Shown here piece by piece: positions 30,676-44,293 of a stretch of 64,000 bases of DNA. The DNA comes from Eledone cirrhosa. Its lineage: Eukaryota. A program made the position numbers and the translations under genes. The number at the start of each line of letters is the position of its first letter. Positions within the stretch are counted from its first letter, which is position 1. The stretch lies in contig OZ024740.1 in the NCBI GenBank assembly GCA_964016885.1, forward strand, positions 378,076,001 to 378,140,000, in the 5' to 3' direction. Under the pieces are notes generated by a model. It saw only the letters and a list, made by a program, of their open reading frames with translations, was not told where the DNA came from and ran no database searches.

Positions 30676-33439
30676 ATTTGTCACACCCGTATATTCTATT
30701 TAAGTAATTTCAGGTGGAGAAAGAGAAAAAGTAAATAATCGTTATCTCCAAACACACTTCGTTGTTCTTTTCCTTCAAAGGAACTTAACAGGATCATGAT
30801 ACGTTAAAATATAATCTATAAAAAACAGGAAGTCTCATAAGTATGCACTTTTGCACACACGGGTGTTTGGAAGCACGTAAGTAAACAAGTGAGAAAGAGA
30901 TGACAGACGAGAGAGTGAGTAACTTGTAAAACCGCCCCGTCTAATCTCTTCTAGTGTTATGAGCCAAAACTGATCTCACAAAAGTTTTGCTGTCAGCAGT
31001 CAGTCAATTTGACCAAACACCTAACATTTCTCTCCCTTCCCTCTTCACCTGATGATTGTAGCTATTGTAATTAGGCATTTTTAGAAACTACCCGATGTTA
31101 GTACTGTTTGTTTCTCACTCTTAAAAACAGCCAAGCAGGTTTAAAAGAAATATTAGAATATTATAATAAAGCTAATTAACTAATTAATTTTAAAAAAAAT
31201 ATTCGTTAGACAGGTGACAAGGATTTGTTTTTATTTGTCGATGATTCTTGTTAGCTTTATGTATATTTATATATACAAATAATAGTAATTGTTTAAATGT
31301 GTGACTTATATAATTGATATGAGGAATCATTCACAGAAAGCTGTAATAATTGCTAGTGAAAGCCGTGATTGCCACAAAAATTATTGATTCTTAAAAGTAA
31401 ACACCAAGACTAAATCGGTAGTAGAGAATGCGATTACATCTTTTTTACAACACGGGTTAATATTCCTTCTATATTTTTACAATTTTTAACTGAACGAAAT
31501 TAATTTGATATAAATAAAATCGATAAAATCCCTAAATCACATATTTTGTACACACAAATATTTACCGATAATCAATGTCAATATTTTCAAAGTATATCAT
31601 TACATGGAAGTTAGCAATTCATGTAACTTGCATTCGGAATAAAAAGTACCGGTACCTTTTAATTTATTAGTAGAAAGTAATTTCGATGAAGAAGAAATTG
31701 AAAAAAAACGCACGAGAATTGAAAAGCCACGGAGCTAATTTTAATACTTTCATATTCCAAATGGATTACTTTCGCAAAGTATTAATCATCATGTATTAAT
31801 ACAATTTCGATTTAAGATTAATATGAATACAAAAGAAAAGCTATGTAGCCCTTTGTCGTTGTTTTTAAATTTAAACAACATAAGGGTGAGTTTTTGCCTG
31901 CTAATTATGTTAGGTTTTTTAACACACTATATTATATACATGAAAGCCCGTGTGTAATATCTACGCTGAGCGTCTTCCAGGTGTAGTTTCCCATATCAGC
32001 GCCACTACATTCTCTTTATACTAATGCTCACTTCGAAGTATTGCCCAACGCACATGAATGTACTTAGCTGAGAAGACCTAATAAGACCAAAACATACATT
32101 TAGTTTTCACCAGAAATTTAAAAACACGACCTACATCCATCTACATCATCTTAATTTTCCAAAAATTTCAATTGTCTGGCATTATTAGAGTTATTTCCTT
32201 TGTTTGTTATTGTAGGGAGTTTTTTCCTATTAATTGCATAAATAATCTCAGTTCACCCTCACTGTCACTCACTCACCCACAAACTAGATACAAAAACTTC
32301 CAGTTATTCTGGTTCAAAGTCTCTTTCCTTCACACCACCTGCTCCCACTGCTACTATCCAAGCTTTTCGACCATATTTCCTCCTGCATTGAGAACACATA
32401 ACTCACCACCCCTCTCCAAAGTCATCGTCCTCAGTAATTTCATTGCTCATAACTCCTTTTGGGTCTCACATTCATCTCTTATTGACGCCATCGGTGCAGC
32501 AACAGAATGTTTTGTAATCCCCAACATCAATTTCGCATTCCGAGTCGGAGCCAATGTTTGTGGAAGATTTAAATATCAATATGACAATCCCCTTGACTGC
32601 ATGGGTCTTCGTGGATTGTCTTGACGGTTAAATGCAGCTCACTTTGCTCGTCATACTCTCTGCCCTTGAGTTAGAGGCATATGTTTCATTTAGGACACTC
32701 CAGTTAGTGACTTTTTGTTCTCTCACATCTTTGAGGCTGCTTGAAAGTGAGAGTCTTTACATCCGTAGTGAAATAGAATGCAATTCTGAAATACAGAATT
32801 ATCAGCAAACGATTTTTTTTTCAACTTGTGATATTTCAGACATTTGGTAGGAACTGGGCCTTTGACAACTAGGTCCTTGTCGTTGTTGGTGACTTGCCTT
32901 AATGACATATGTGATGCTCACAAGGTGGCTTGGTTATTCCAGAATTTTAGACTTACTATCAAACGCAAATGTCTTAGCTTGCTTCAAAAAATGTTATTTT
33001 ATCCTTTACATGTATCTCTGACTGATACACAGACACTCCGACTACTCTTGATCTCTTTTGCACCTTTGGACCTACTCCTTACCTGATCGTAACTGCCTCT
33101 GCTCCTATCAGATTATCTGACCACAGCTCTGTTGTAACTACCCAACACACATCCACACACTATTCAACGCTATGGCGTTGACTGTGAGACATGCCTGACT
33201 ATATTCAGGTTGTTTTTGTTGTTATAATTGAGCGAACGTATGATTAAAAAGCCTTCCAAGTGTGTCCATTTCATCTTTTTCGAATGTGAGAGACATGACT
33301 ACGTTGTTTTATTTAAACCGTTAGAATTAATTTGTGGAAGATTTGACTGCAATTTCTAGCAGGTAGAGGTAACAGTGAATACTAATTATGTGGTTTTGTG
33401 GGTGTTTTGTAGTTTCAAAATAAAATGCAGACACACAGA

Positions 33440-35540
33440 CAATTCACCTTTCTACGTGTGAACGTTCTCCCTTTCGTCCGCCCACTGTTCTTCGGTGTGA
33501 AACTATTTGGTCTCACCAAGCCCAACGGGGAACTGCGCCCCATTGCGGTTGGCTGCACTCTTCGCTGCCTCACTGCAAAGGTGTGTTTGCTGTTGGTCTC
33601 CAACTCACTGGTGGAGGTATTTTCCCCCAGCCAGCTGGGGGTGGGTACCAGGTTGGGATGTGAGGCTGCTGTCCACACTGCCCTCCTTGTCCCCTAAGGT
33701 CATCCTCAAACTTGACCTCAGGAATGCCTTCAACTCCGTCAGCAGTGACATCGTCCTCGGCTCAGTAAGAGAGAGGGACCCACAACTCTAGCACTTTGCT
33801 TGGCAGACTTATCGGGAGCCCTCCTACCTCTCTTTCGGTGACCAGATCATCACCTCTACCTCAGGAGTCCAACAGGGTGACCCACTCGGGCCCGCACTGT
33901 TTGCACTGGGCATTGATGATGTCACCAAGATGGGGGTTGAGTTGGACCTGAATGTCTGGTACCTCGACGATGCCTGTTTGGGGGGAACTCTGGATATGGT
34001 TCTCGCCACTGCCAACAAGATGGTGGAGGAGCTTGGCCGCCAAGGTCTCCAGATCAATAGCTCCAAATGTGAGCTCTGGATCCTCAGCCACCCAGCTTCC
34101 CAACATCAACAGCTGATCGACCTGTTCACAGAGTCCTTCCCTTCCATCGCGGTCCTTCCCCCGTCGGCTTGGTGCCCCTTAGGAGCCCCAATCACAGACC
34201 TAGCCTTCAAGTCAACCTTCCAATCGAAGATGGTTGGCCTTGAGCAGCTGCTGAGGAATATCGAAGTTATTGAACCCCATCAAGGTTTCTTCATACTCAG
34301 GAACTACCTGTCTATTCCTAAGCTTCTGTATCTGCTCAGGGTCAGCCCCTCTCACAGATTTCCGTCCTGCTTCCAATGCTTTGACGACCTAATCTTCAAG
34401 AGACTCAAGTGTCTGGTCAATGTGAGACTCTCTCCAGAGTCCCGCGATCAGGCTGCATTGCCCAAGCGATTTGGGGGTCTTGGTCTTCATAAGTGTTCGT
34501 CTCTCTCTCCTGCTTCCTTTCCTCCACCCTGGTGAGCAACATCCTCTCCTCTCCAACATGGACTAGTTCCAACAGGGAGTTGGGTGAAGTTTTCCAGCAA
34601 TGGAGTGAATTGGGCTTGTCTCTTCCTGAGAAGGTGGAGGACAGTCGAAGTCAGAGAGCTTGGGACAGCATAAGTTCGAAGGCCACCTTCGTCCAGTCAG
34701 ATCAGGTTGCAAGGTGCCGCTTACTATCTGCCAGCGCCAAATACTCAAGCGACTGGGTCGATGCCCCACCCCAGGCCAACGTTGGTGGCCTACTCAGCCT
34801 GGACGAACTTCGTGTTTCCATCGCCCTCAGAGTGGGAGTTGACATCTGCATGGGTTTGAGGTGCCGATGCGGCAAACTCCTTGACTCTACAGGCCACCAC
34901 GATCTTTCTTGCCGCCTGAATGTCGGCCGCTTCGCGCATCACACAGAGCTAAATCTCATTCTGAAGAGAGCTTTGGCCCGGCCGAATATCTCCTCAGTCT
35001 TGGAACCATCTGGGTTGTCCAGAAGTGACGGAAAAAGACCTGACAGTCTTACCCTGTGCCCCTGGTCGAGAGGCAGGTGCCTTGTCTGGGACGTCACTGT
35101 TAATGACTCTTTTGCTCTTTCCCACATCCTGGATGCTACGGTTAGGACGAGAGCCACAGCTTCTGCAGCCAAGTGGAGTAAGACGCTCAAATATTCTGAT
35201 CTGTCGGCCAGCTACATTTTTCAGCCTGTGGCTTTCGAGACGTTTGGGGGAGTCGGGCCGCTGGCTGTGAGGTACCTCTCCTCACTGGCGGCTCGCCTAA
35301 TAGAGGTGACTGGCGAATCTCGCGAGGGTGCTTGGCTGTTTCAGTGCATCAGCCTCACCATCACCCGAGGCAACACTGCGAGTGTGCTGGCTTGCCTCAA
35401 AAATCATTAGAGAGGTTGCCCAGTACTCGCGACATTGCTGTCTTTTGCTCTGGTGTTGGCTCCGTTGTTCACCCCTTCCTTTACATTTTCTTTAACATTG
35501 TAGCATTGAAGGAATATATCTTTCATTGTATCATCCTTTG
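33440..35540 (+). mobile_element. 5'-truncated CRE-like non-LTR retrotransposon (RT + restriction-like endonuclease), with stops and frameshifts
   Basis: LRPIAVG, GVQQGDPLGP, WYLDD, GGLGL, CRC..H..C knuckle, RSDGKRPD..WDVT, K..KY, PVAFETFG. Confidence 0.85.
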
Positions 35541-36959
35541 AAGTGTTACTGAGGCATTTGTAATATTATTTATGTATATATTTAAAACATATTTGTTATG
35601 TTATTCTACTGTAAATTTATTTATATGCTCTGTTTATATTTTCATTCTGGAGGAATTGCAACCGATTTGTAATGCTGTTTGTGCAACTTTGAATAAAATA
35701 AAATTTATAATAATGGGGACTCTGTGGTCTTATCAAATTAAATACGATTCCTGCAGTGCATATATTAATACTCTAGTCTAGTTTTCTTTTACATAAATAT
35801 GATTTTATAGCATCACATCAAAATTCTCTTTAAATAAACGAAACATTTTATTTCAAAATTATCACTCTGTATTTTCAACATTACTCCAATCTCAGGCAGC
35901 AGCCAGTGCGCTCTCGGCAGTCCTAGGAAATCCGGGTCCTTAACAATTCGCAGCTCTCGAGTTGGTCCATACCCACCACCCACAGCAGATCTCCAAGGTG
36001 TTAAAATACCTAACATTTAGTTCAGATGCAAGTACTGGTCTTAACTAATATAAGTATCAATTTCTAAATAGTTATTTCATACTTAATTTTCTCTTATCCA
36101 GATCTACCAAATACAAATTCTTATGTCGTTGTGTGCCTAGTCATGTATGTGATGACTTTATTTCAATCCTTTCCATGATTTCATTTCATTGTCATCATCA
36201 TCAATTTCATTTCTACAATTGGATGCTTTTCCTAACACCAGTCACTTTATAGAGTGTACTGCATTTTATCATGGAACCAGCACTAGAGAGAGAGAGAGGT
36301 TGTTATACCCTGGTAAGACTAAAGAGTTCCCTCTACTTTGCATTGTCTTAATTCATTCAAAGCAACATGACTAATAAAATGAATAGAAGGAAAAGAGAAA
36401 AAGAGATGTATTAAAGAGATAAAACAAGGTTATGAAAAAGAGACTGATAGAAGGGAGACCGAATGATGGAAGAGAAAGTAATAGAAATTAAAGAGTGATG
36501 GGTGAGAGAGAGACAATATGAATAACAATGAGTGATGGACAGAAAAACTGTTAGTTGGCAATAAAGATGAGGGATGCTAAAAGAAAGAATGAGCGGTGTG
36601 TAGCAATAACCAGAACCTCTAAGAGACGGGTTTAGCGATACATCAATCTGAGGTCTTGTGAATATCTGATGCACTCCCTCAACCCCACTTAAATTTTGAA
36701 AGGAGCTCCTCCTTTCCCATGGTCTGAAAGAAGTGTTGCTCTGTCTTACAAAAAGACCCTGGCCCTAGAAATGAGTGGTAGTTAGAGACAGTGATGACTA
36801 GCAATAAAGAAAAATGATGGTACAGGAGATTTAATATAAGCAGATTCTATGCAATCCGTTTCCACAGACAGCATAATGTAAGAAAGATATAGTGATAAAT
36901 GGCAATAGTAAAATAGTAAGGGGTTGAATGTGGACACTTCCAAGTCCTAATCTCCATCA

Positions 36960-37900
36960 TCAGCTTGATTTTAACACCTGATTTACCGTGCTTGTACATA
37001 TGACTGTACATTATATCTAATTACTCTTACATTCAGCTCATTTGTGCTTCATCCAACAGAGCATACTTACCTCATTTCTTTCTAACTATCACAAATCTTT
37101 CTCAGTCAAGGCCCAGGTCTTGCTACCATGCCACACCTCATTTTGTATAAAAGTATCTTGCAATCTGCTCTTAACCCTGAGTAAGAGACCCTTACTCAAT
37201 GAACATTTTCCATGCTGTTCTTATTCTGGCCACTATACTTTTGAACATCCACAACTGCTAATTAAGTCACCTAGTTAAAATTGATCAACTACTTCTAATT
37301 GTCTATTGAGCATTTGTGAAGTATTTCTCAAGTACTCTTATTAATGACTCTTTTTCTTGATACCTACTAAACTAAAACCAGCAAAGAATATTTAGAGGCC
37401 TCTTGATTCTAGGTTTTGCTTTGATGTCAAGGGTTTCTTTTCTAAATCTTCCAAAAATTCACCGATAAGACCTATATCATATACAAGTTTCTATAGACAA
37501 CCAGTCTTAAATTCTGTTATGACCTGAAGAACTGTAATAAATAGAAGAGGGAGAACTCTGTCTAGATGGACACATATCAGCACTAAATTATTACCATCTT
37601 GTATCTGCTAACAGCATCCCTATACATGACTCTTACAAGCTAATCCTTTATGCCTAGCTTCTTTAGCGACCACCAAACTACAGTGCATGGAATCTTATCA
37701 AAAGCCTCCTTCACATTGACAAATGTTTGTATAGTGGCTTATTCTTAGCTAAAAACTTATGCAGTCCTTTCACTAGATAAAAGGTACATCTTCCAAGAAC
37801 AAAGCTGAACCATATCTCATCTAAGCTAATGTCCTTCCTAATCAGTAACTTTCATTACCTCTGCACCTGTCTGATCATTTTATTGCTATGTAATCAAGGC
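36960..37900 (-). mobile_element. Highly degenerate RTE LINE remnant
   Basis: Patchy nucleotide similarity to 3756-5200 (e.g. CCAGTCTTAAATTCTGTTATG, ATCAAAAGCCT). Confidence 0.55.
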
Positions 37901-38599
37901 AACACTCTTCAAAACCTACTACCAGATTGCACCTGTTACTGCAAGTCAACTAGCTGTTCAGATACACAACCCAAGACAGCTAGACAAACAGAAGAGCTGC
38001 AGTAGGCAAGACACCTGAAGGATGGCACTGGCCATTACTAAAAAGAAAACTTTTACATGCTACCATCACAAACACAGAAACAACATTCATGTATTTCAGA
38101 GCATAAAAGCTTTCCTGCTTCCCAGATTACAACACAGTTCACTGATCCTTTGCTAAAAAGGGCCTCTAGAAATTCGAAGCCTCAAGTTTTCTTTCATATT
38201 TTTTGCCTTCTTTACTGCATTCTCTGAATAAAAAAAACTTCCATCTTTATCCAGTTTCAGCACCATTTATGAAAATTCTCACTACTCAACAAAGCAACCA
38301 TCATCCTGAAACAATGCACTCCAGAGCTAGATCCTATCTGTGAAAGATTCTTCAAAATCTCTCTTAACAACAATCCATTCCAATTTTTGGAAACCTGCCA
38401 TAGTGTTTCCAATGCCAAGAAGAGCAATCTCTCTGAGTCTTCTAACTACAAACATATTTATTTCATGCCAAACATTGAAATGTAATAGAAATAGTTTCAT
38501 TGAGTCCCTGTTCCTCTTCTGTATGGTCTTTGTAGTGATAGATCTATGATACATCTGTAGCGAAATATGTGCACACGTTGAACCCTGGGAGATATTTAA

Positions 38600-39060
38600 C
38601 AGTCATTTTCTGACAATAAATGGCTTTTCTCTCAGAATGAAGAGTAAACTGTATGATCCCTGTATGCAAGTGGCAATGTTGCATGATAGTGAGACATGGG
38701 ATTTGACTGCAGAAGACCTGTGAAAGCTAGAAAGAAATGAAGTGAGTATGCCCCTATGGATGTGCAATGTTAGTGTGCATGAACGCTGTAACAGAAGCAA
38801 AAAGCATGATATAAGAGGATTGGATGCAGTGTGCAAGAGAAGACTGCTTTTGTATAGACATGTGATGCATATGGAAGGTAACAGCTGTATGAAATGCAGA
38901 GAAATCTGTTATTAGGATTCATGGAAAAAGCAGACCCCCCAAAACATGGGATGAGATAGTCAAGAGCAAACATAAGAAACTGAAGCTTGTGACAGATTAT
39001 AAAGAATTGTGAGGATTTGTGATATACTGTACTGCAGAAGATCAGCTTACCAGCATAAAT
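38600..39060 (+). mobile_element. Degenerate RTE LINE 3' remnant
   Basis: Similar to 24280-24720 (GCATGATAGTGAGACATGG, AAGAAATGAAG, GTGCAAGAGAAGA). Confidence 0.6.
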
Positions 39061-40089
39061 TGTGACCTGACCTATCCAGGGTTGATAAGACCCTGACTCA
39101 GCAACCTCTCTTAGTGCTGGTGCCCTGAAAAATATACCCATTAAGCTGGTTGGTGATAAGAAGGCAATCCAGTTGTAGAACTCAAGAAAGGGTTGAGAAA
39201 ACTCATTTGTGTTAAGGGCATCCAGCTGTAAAAAACTGCCAAAGGATCAGAAGGTCTCTTCAGGTCGTAGACATGACAACTCCTCTAACACTGGTGCCAC
39301 GATAAAATGCACCCAGTGCATTCCAGAGTGTGGAATGTATTTGAGCAAGATGTCTTGGTCAAAGCTACTTCTAGAGAACCTGAACATTTGATGAATTCAT
39401 GGGTTTCTCCTGTGCATCTTCTACAGAAATCAGTGTGATCCCACATCTAGTAATTCTTACCTCTTTTTCAGCATATCAAGTATAGACACTATCCAGTAGA
39501 GACCTCTGCTAAATCATTTGTCTGTTGCTAAGCTATTATAGAAAAGCCTATTTAACCAATTTTTTGTTTTTCCAACCTCGTTGGTTAGTTTGAAAAACAC
39601 TGGAGTTCATACTATTAACTAAAACTCCAAAAGGTAGCAATGAAGTACTGCCAGTTTAATAATTTTTTTAACATATAATGATGGTAGATTTTTATCAACG
39701 TTTTAACATTCACTTTCCCTGCTAGAAAGGGTTGGATGGGTCTACATAGACAAAGTCTGTACTGAAACAGGGCTACTGATCGCCCATACAGGCCAGGGAT
39801 CTGCGTCTCATAATCTACCGAGTGTACAGGGGAGGTTGTCATGTCTTTGACACAACTGAGGGTCCTCTCAACCCTTTGTTTAGCAAGCTATCTATGGCTG
39901 GATGCCTCCCCATCACCAACCACTAGGCAGGTTGTCGTGTCATTAGCACAACTGAAGGGCCCTCTGCAGCTGGATGCCTTTCCGATCACCAACCACAATG
40001 CCAGGGGAGTGTAGTTTGAAGCGGAGAGGACATGATAGGTCAGGTCTTTTTCAACACCAGCCTTTAGTGAATTTAGTTTTTTAAGATTG

Positions 40090-41420
40090 GTCTTCACCTC
40101 TTCCTTGGTCTACGCTTTCCATGTGTCCCAGCCATTGGGGTTTCTCTGCATTTCTTTATTAAAATGTTTTCTCCCATGCCAACAGTCTTCTTTTTTGCAT
40201 ATCCATTGGAGCATACTCAACTCAAATCTTTGTAGCCACTGCAGTCAAGGCCCATGTAACATTGCATTTCGCAGTCTATCCTTCACATTGAGAAAAGCAT
40301 TTTGTAGTTCACAGCAGTAATAGTTCTCTAAACCTCTTCCAGTCTGTTCTCACTTTTGGTCACCTAAGTAACCCCCATGGCAGCTGAAGGAATCTACTTC
40401 ACTTCCACTGTGCATATAAAATCCTATCTTTTCCATTAGCCTACCTGCAATCCCATATCTCTTGTGCACCTTATGGAATTTCTGTCTTCATTCCTACTAT
40501 TAACACTTTTACTTGCTAAATTTACTTTTAGGCCTTTCAACTCTAGGTTGGTCCATGCCCGAAATCTCTAATCCTCCTACAGATTCAACTATACAGACTA
40601 GGTCGTCAGCATATAGGAACTCCCATGGAGTGGCAGTTTTAATCGCCTCAGTGATAAACAGGAGTGGAATGAGGACTAATCCCTCGTGGACCTCCACCTG
40701 CACTTCAAATTCAGTGTTTATTGCTAACTCTCACTGCTGGTTACTCCTCTATACATGGCCCTCACAAGCCATTTGTCTCCACCTAGCTTCCTAAGTGACA
40801 CAGCCAAGGCCTTCTCCACATCTTCAAATACTAGATGCAGTAGCTTACTCTTGTATGCCTCTCCTATAGTTCTTAGCAGAAAGAAGGCATGTCATTTAAT
40901 TTGATTCAACTTTCACGACCTGGTCCATCAACTTGATGCCTGTGTAGTTACTTCTCTCTTGCTTGTAGTAATTTACAATGATATTGCTGAACAAGTCATT
41001 GAGTATTATAGTCCTATACTACTTGATAACTATGCGTTTGGCTTGTATCCTACCATGCCAGATGCTTTCCCCATCTTCATATCCTTAATTGCTTTATCTA
41101 TTATACTGCTGTCAACCTTTATGACTGGTCTCTTGGTCTACCCAGTCCTTATTCTAAGATCACTGAAAACTAATGTTGGGAGGTACATTCCTACCCAGTG
41201 AAGGACTTGCTCTCTGATGTGTATGCCCTCTTGAAGTTTGTGTTACAGATTAAGCCGAGAGCATCAAAGGATCTGCAACTTAGTCCCCTCCGTGTGCCAG
41301 GGAATGTCTTATTTCCTAACATATTCATTGAAATCACCAGCTGCGTTCATAAGATCGATGCCACCTAGTGTGTAGGAGGGCGTCATACTTATTCACATTG
41401 CTGTATGTAGTCTATGAGTG
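40090..41420 (-). mobile_element. Degenerate RTE LINE remnant
   Basis: PWEFLYADDL frame at 40509-40703 plus flanking patchy similarity. Confidence 0.65.
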
Positions 41421-41541
41421 GAGTTCCACTGAAGCAGGTGAGAAATTCAAGTATCTTATGTTGTATTCATGAGTGAAAGGCAAGTTAAAACAGTGAACAT
41501 ATTGTCCAATTAAAAACAAACCCAAAAGAATTTCTTTATCC

Positions 41542-41547
41542 TTTATT
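41542..41547 (-). terminator. Polyadenylation signal of RPL10A (candidate)
   Basis: AATAAA 17 nt downstream of the stop codon. Confidence 0.5.
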
Positions 41548-41564
41548 TTTTACCATAAGAACAT

Positions 41565-41735
41565 CTAGTAAAGTCTCTGAGATGGACCCATTGTAGATGT
41601 GATATACACAGCTCGAACATTTTGCCAATTCTTCTTCAGTAGGGACACTAAGAAATTAATAGCAAGACTGATATTGGAATAGAGCTGGTCAGGCTTCATC
41701 TTTACATGGCCAACACACACAGATAAACAAAGTAC
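41565..41735 (-). CDS. RPL10A: 60S ribosomal protein L10a (uL1), exon 5 (171 bp)
   Basis: [41 protein letters not shown]; acceptor ttccag. Confidence 0.95.
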   Translation of the reverse strand, partial: VLCLSVCVGHVKMKPDQLYSNISLAINFLVSLLKKNWQNVRAVYITSTMGPSQRLY

Positions 41736-41866
41736 CTGGAAGAGGGAAAAAAGAACAAAATTAAACCAACCATGCTGGCATTTACCCATTACTATAACTG
41801 ATACAATAAACAGTCAAAAGTATGCCGTACTAAATATAGATTATACATCAAGAAACACAAACTCAC

Positions 41867-42039
41867 CTTCTTCATTTGAAATTTAATAGTAGCTTTACAA
41901 TCCTCAACCTTTGTAGTCATAGATTCTCCATGGGAAATAGGCGTAGGAAATTTACCGGCTTTGTTCAAACCAGGACCAAGAATTCTCGGAATCTGTTTGA
42001 TGAGCGAATCAGAGGCAAGGAAAGCATCATATTTTTTGG
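41867..42039 (-). CDS. RPL10A: RPL10A exon 4 (173 bp)
   Basis: [39 protein letters not shown]; AG/GTGAGT boundaries. Confidence 0.95.
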
Positions 42040-42518
42040 CTGAAAAACGAAAATAAAAACATACAGCTAGAATAACAAAGAAATTAACAGCTTTCATATT
42101 GAAAATATGAAAGTATTTTGAAAGGTTATAACCACTAAATTGTCACCCTTTCACCATCCTATTCCCCTCCACTTTAACCCTTTAGCATTTAAAATGACCG
42201 TATCCGGCCAGAATTCTCCCACCTCTTTCTGTTCAAACTGATGTTAATGCATTGTTCTCAAAATCTCATTGATTCGATATTATGCAAGATAAAGCCTAGA
42301 ATAATGTAAATGCTAAAGACCGATTGAGATTGATTTTTCCAGATACAGTAATACATACAAATGAGTATATTATACATCATGTAATTTCGTTTGTGTCGGT
42401 CTCCCACATTTTGTCAACCTAAATATTCCCCCAATGGAATCCTTAAATTCCTTCAGTGGTTCAGCACACACGACTTCACAGCAATAATCGATGTAAAACA
42501 CATAAACCAAGTACTCAC

Positions 42519-42667
42519 CCAACTTTTTAACAAGTTTCTTATTCTTGTTGAGCTTTTTCAATGCATCAGCATCCATACATTCAATGGCGTTCGCTTTAGC
42601 CTCATCAATATGTTGCTGATCACCCAAAAGACATACCTTCAACTTGGGGCGTGGGATATACTTTAGT
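42519..42667 (-). CDS. RPL10A: RPL10A exon 3 (149 bp)
   Basis: [33 protein letters not shown]; AG/GTGAGT boundaries. Confidence 0.95.
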
Positions 42668-42900
42668 CTAAAATATAATTAAAAATAAAATTTTCCAGAC
42701 AATGCAATAAAAAGTACCATCTTCAGCTGCCTACAACTTTTGACACGCTCCAGGTGATGAAAGGAATTTTGCAGACGCAGTAGGTACCAACACAATATTT
42801 TGTGTCACATTAGAATCCTTTAATTTAATTATTAACTATTTCTTTTTTTTTTTACATTAAATCATTCGAATTCCATCATTATACAAATAAATCAGATAAC

Positions 42901-43085
42901 TGTTTCTACTTTAGGCACAAGGCCAGCAATTACCCAGTGCGTTACTGGTACTTTATTTTATCGACCCCGTAAGGATGAAAGGCAAAGTCAACCTCGGCGG
43001 GATTTGAACTCAGATCGTAAAGGGACGTAACTATGCTGGAAAGCATGGCGTCCGACCCTCTACCGATACTGCCAATTCACCGCCC
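42901..43085 (-). mobile_element. SINE family A in RPL10A intron 2 with 18-bp target-site duplication
   Basis: TSD ACAAATAAATCAGATAAC at 42883-42900 and 43088-43105. Confidence 0.85.
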
Positions 43086-44137
43086 TAACAAATAAATCAG
43101 ATAACGCCGAGGACCGTAGCTATAATTCATCAGGAACAGCTCCATCTCACTGAATCTCCGAGAATTTACCACTAGGCACTGGCTTAACAACTGCAATACA
43201 TTGTCGAAATAGACAAGTCCTTACATATTTTTTTTATCTCCAGCTCGAACCACTATGGTTCGAGTTATCTCAACATTGTTGCATAGGTTAAATTTTTTCC
43301 AATTGTAAACAAAATATGCATGATCAATAATACCTTCAAACCATTTAATTTAAATACCTCATACTTTACTAATCAATGTAATTTAAAAACTAATTTTCTT
43401 TGATATTAAATCACTAATGGTCTCATATTATCCACTGGATTTCAATAATTTTTTATTATACATATGAATTTTTTTTCATATACGACTATTGTCAATTTCA
43501 CTCACTTAGCAAGCATTTTGAAAATCCCAAATCCAACACAGCAACTCGCCATATGGCAGCCACGTTTACTTGTTCGATTCTAGCATGCTTTTGACCACGT
43601 TCGACACCTCGTGTCAAACATCAACGAAAATTGAAATACAAAGCCGATCAAAATTTAATTACCTAGAAAACGTACGAAACACCGCAAGATTATCAGAGCT
43701 TGTAGATCGATTAAACAGTCAGCATAAAACAACGTACATGAAAACGACCAAAGCAATAATACTTCTACTCACCGCTCGTAGTACAGGTTCTGATCAACAG
43801 AGCGGTGCTATTTAAAACAAAATAGGACCTCCCCATTTAAATTTAAGACCCTGGGTAAAGGTCCGTTAGGTTTAGAAAAACCAAACTACCTAATAAGTGA
43901 CTTATAGGAGGGAGATAACAACTTACGATTTATTTTTAAAAAATCAACTTAGGTGAATATACGATTGTGCTAGCTTATAAATATGCATAAACACATTCTA
44001 TATAAGCTAGCAATCTCGTTTTCGGCGATCACGCTAGATGTTCGTTAAAAAAACCAAAAGTGGAATTAAATTTGTCATCTGTTCCTCCTAACAGTCTCTT
44101 TTATAGGTTAAATAAATAAAAAAGATTGCCGCCGTAC

Positions 44138-44293
44138 TTTACTGTACCAGAAAACCTCTTATCTTTCTGGGGATCGTAGTTCTTCAGGGCGATTTGGAGA
44201 TCTACAGATTCGGTAAACCTTCTCTTCTTTTTCTTAGAGAAAGTAAGCATCGACGCAATGGCCTCTTGCAAGGTATCCTTCGTAATTTTACTA
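44138..44293 (-). CDS. RPL10A: RPL10A exon 2 (156 bp)
   Basis: [33 protein letters not shown]; the exons sum to 654 nt = 217 aa + stop. Confidence 0.95.

Noticed and set aside
32066-32105. CTGAGAAGACC..AAAAC hammerhead-like remnant
   Set aside because: Core and stem II are too degenerate to support.
32172-32624. 150-aa ORF
   Set aside because: Looks like a decayed LINE endonuclease (VIVLSNFIAHNSFW, cf. GDFNAH); not supportable as a gene.
43097-43135. UGAUGA..CUGA on the minus strand in an RPL10A intron (C/D snoRNA or hammerhead?)
   Set aside because: The boxes are only ~36 nt apart, with no upstream C box or terminal stem and no GAAA half for a hammerhead.
43964-44014. 12-bp stem TGCTAGCTTATA/TATAAGCTAGCA in RPL10A intron 2 (pre-miRNA?)
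   Set aside because: The stem is too short and the loop too large for a Drosha-type hairpin.
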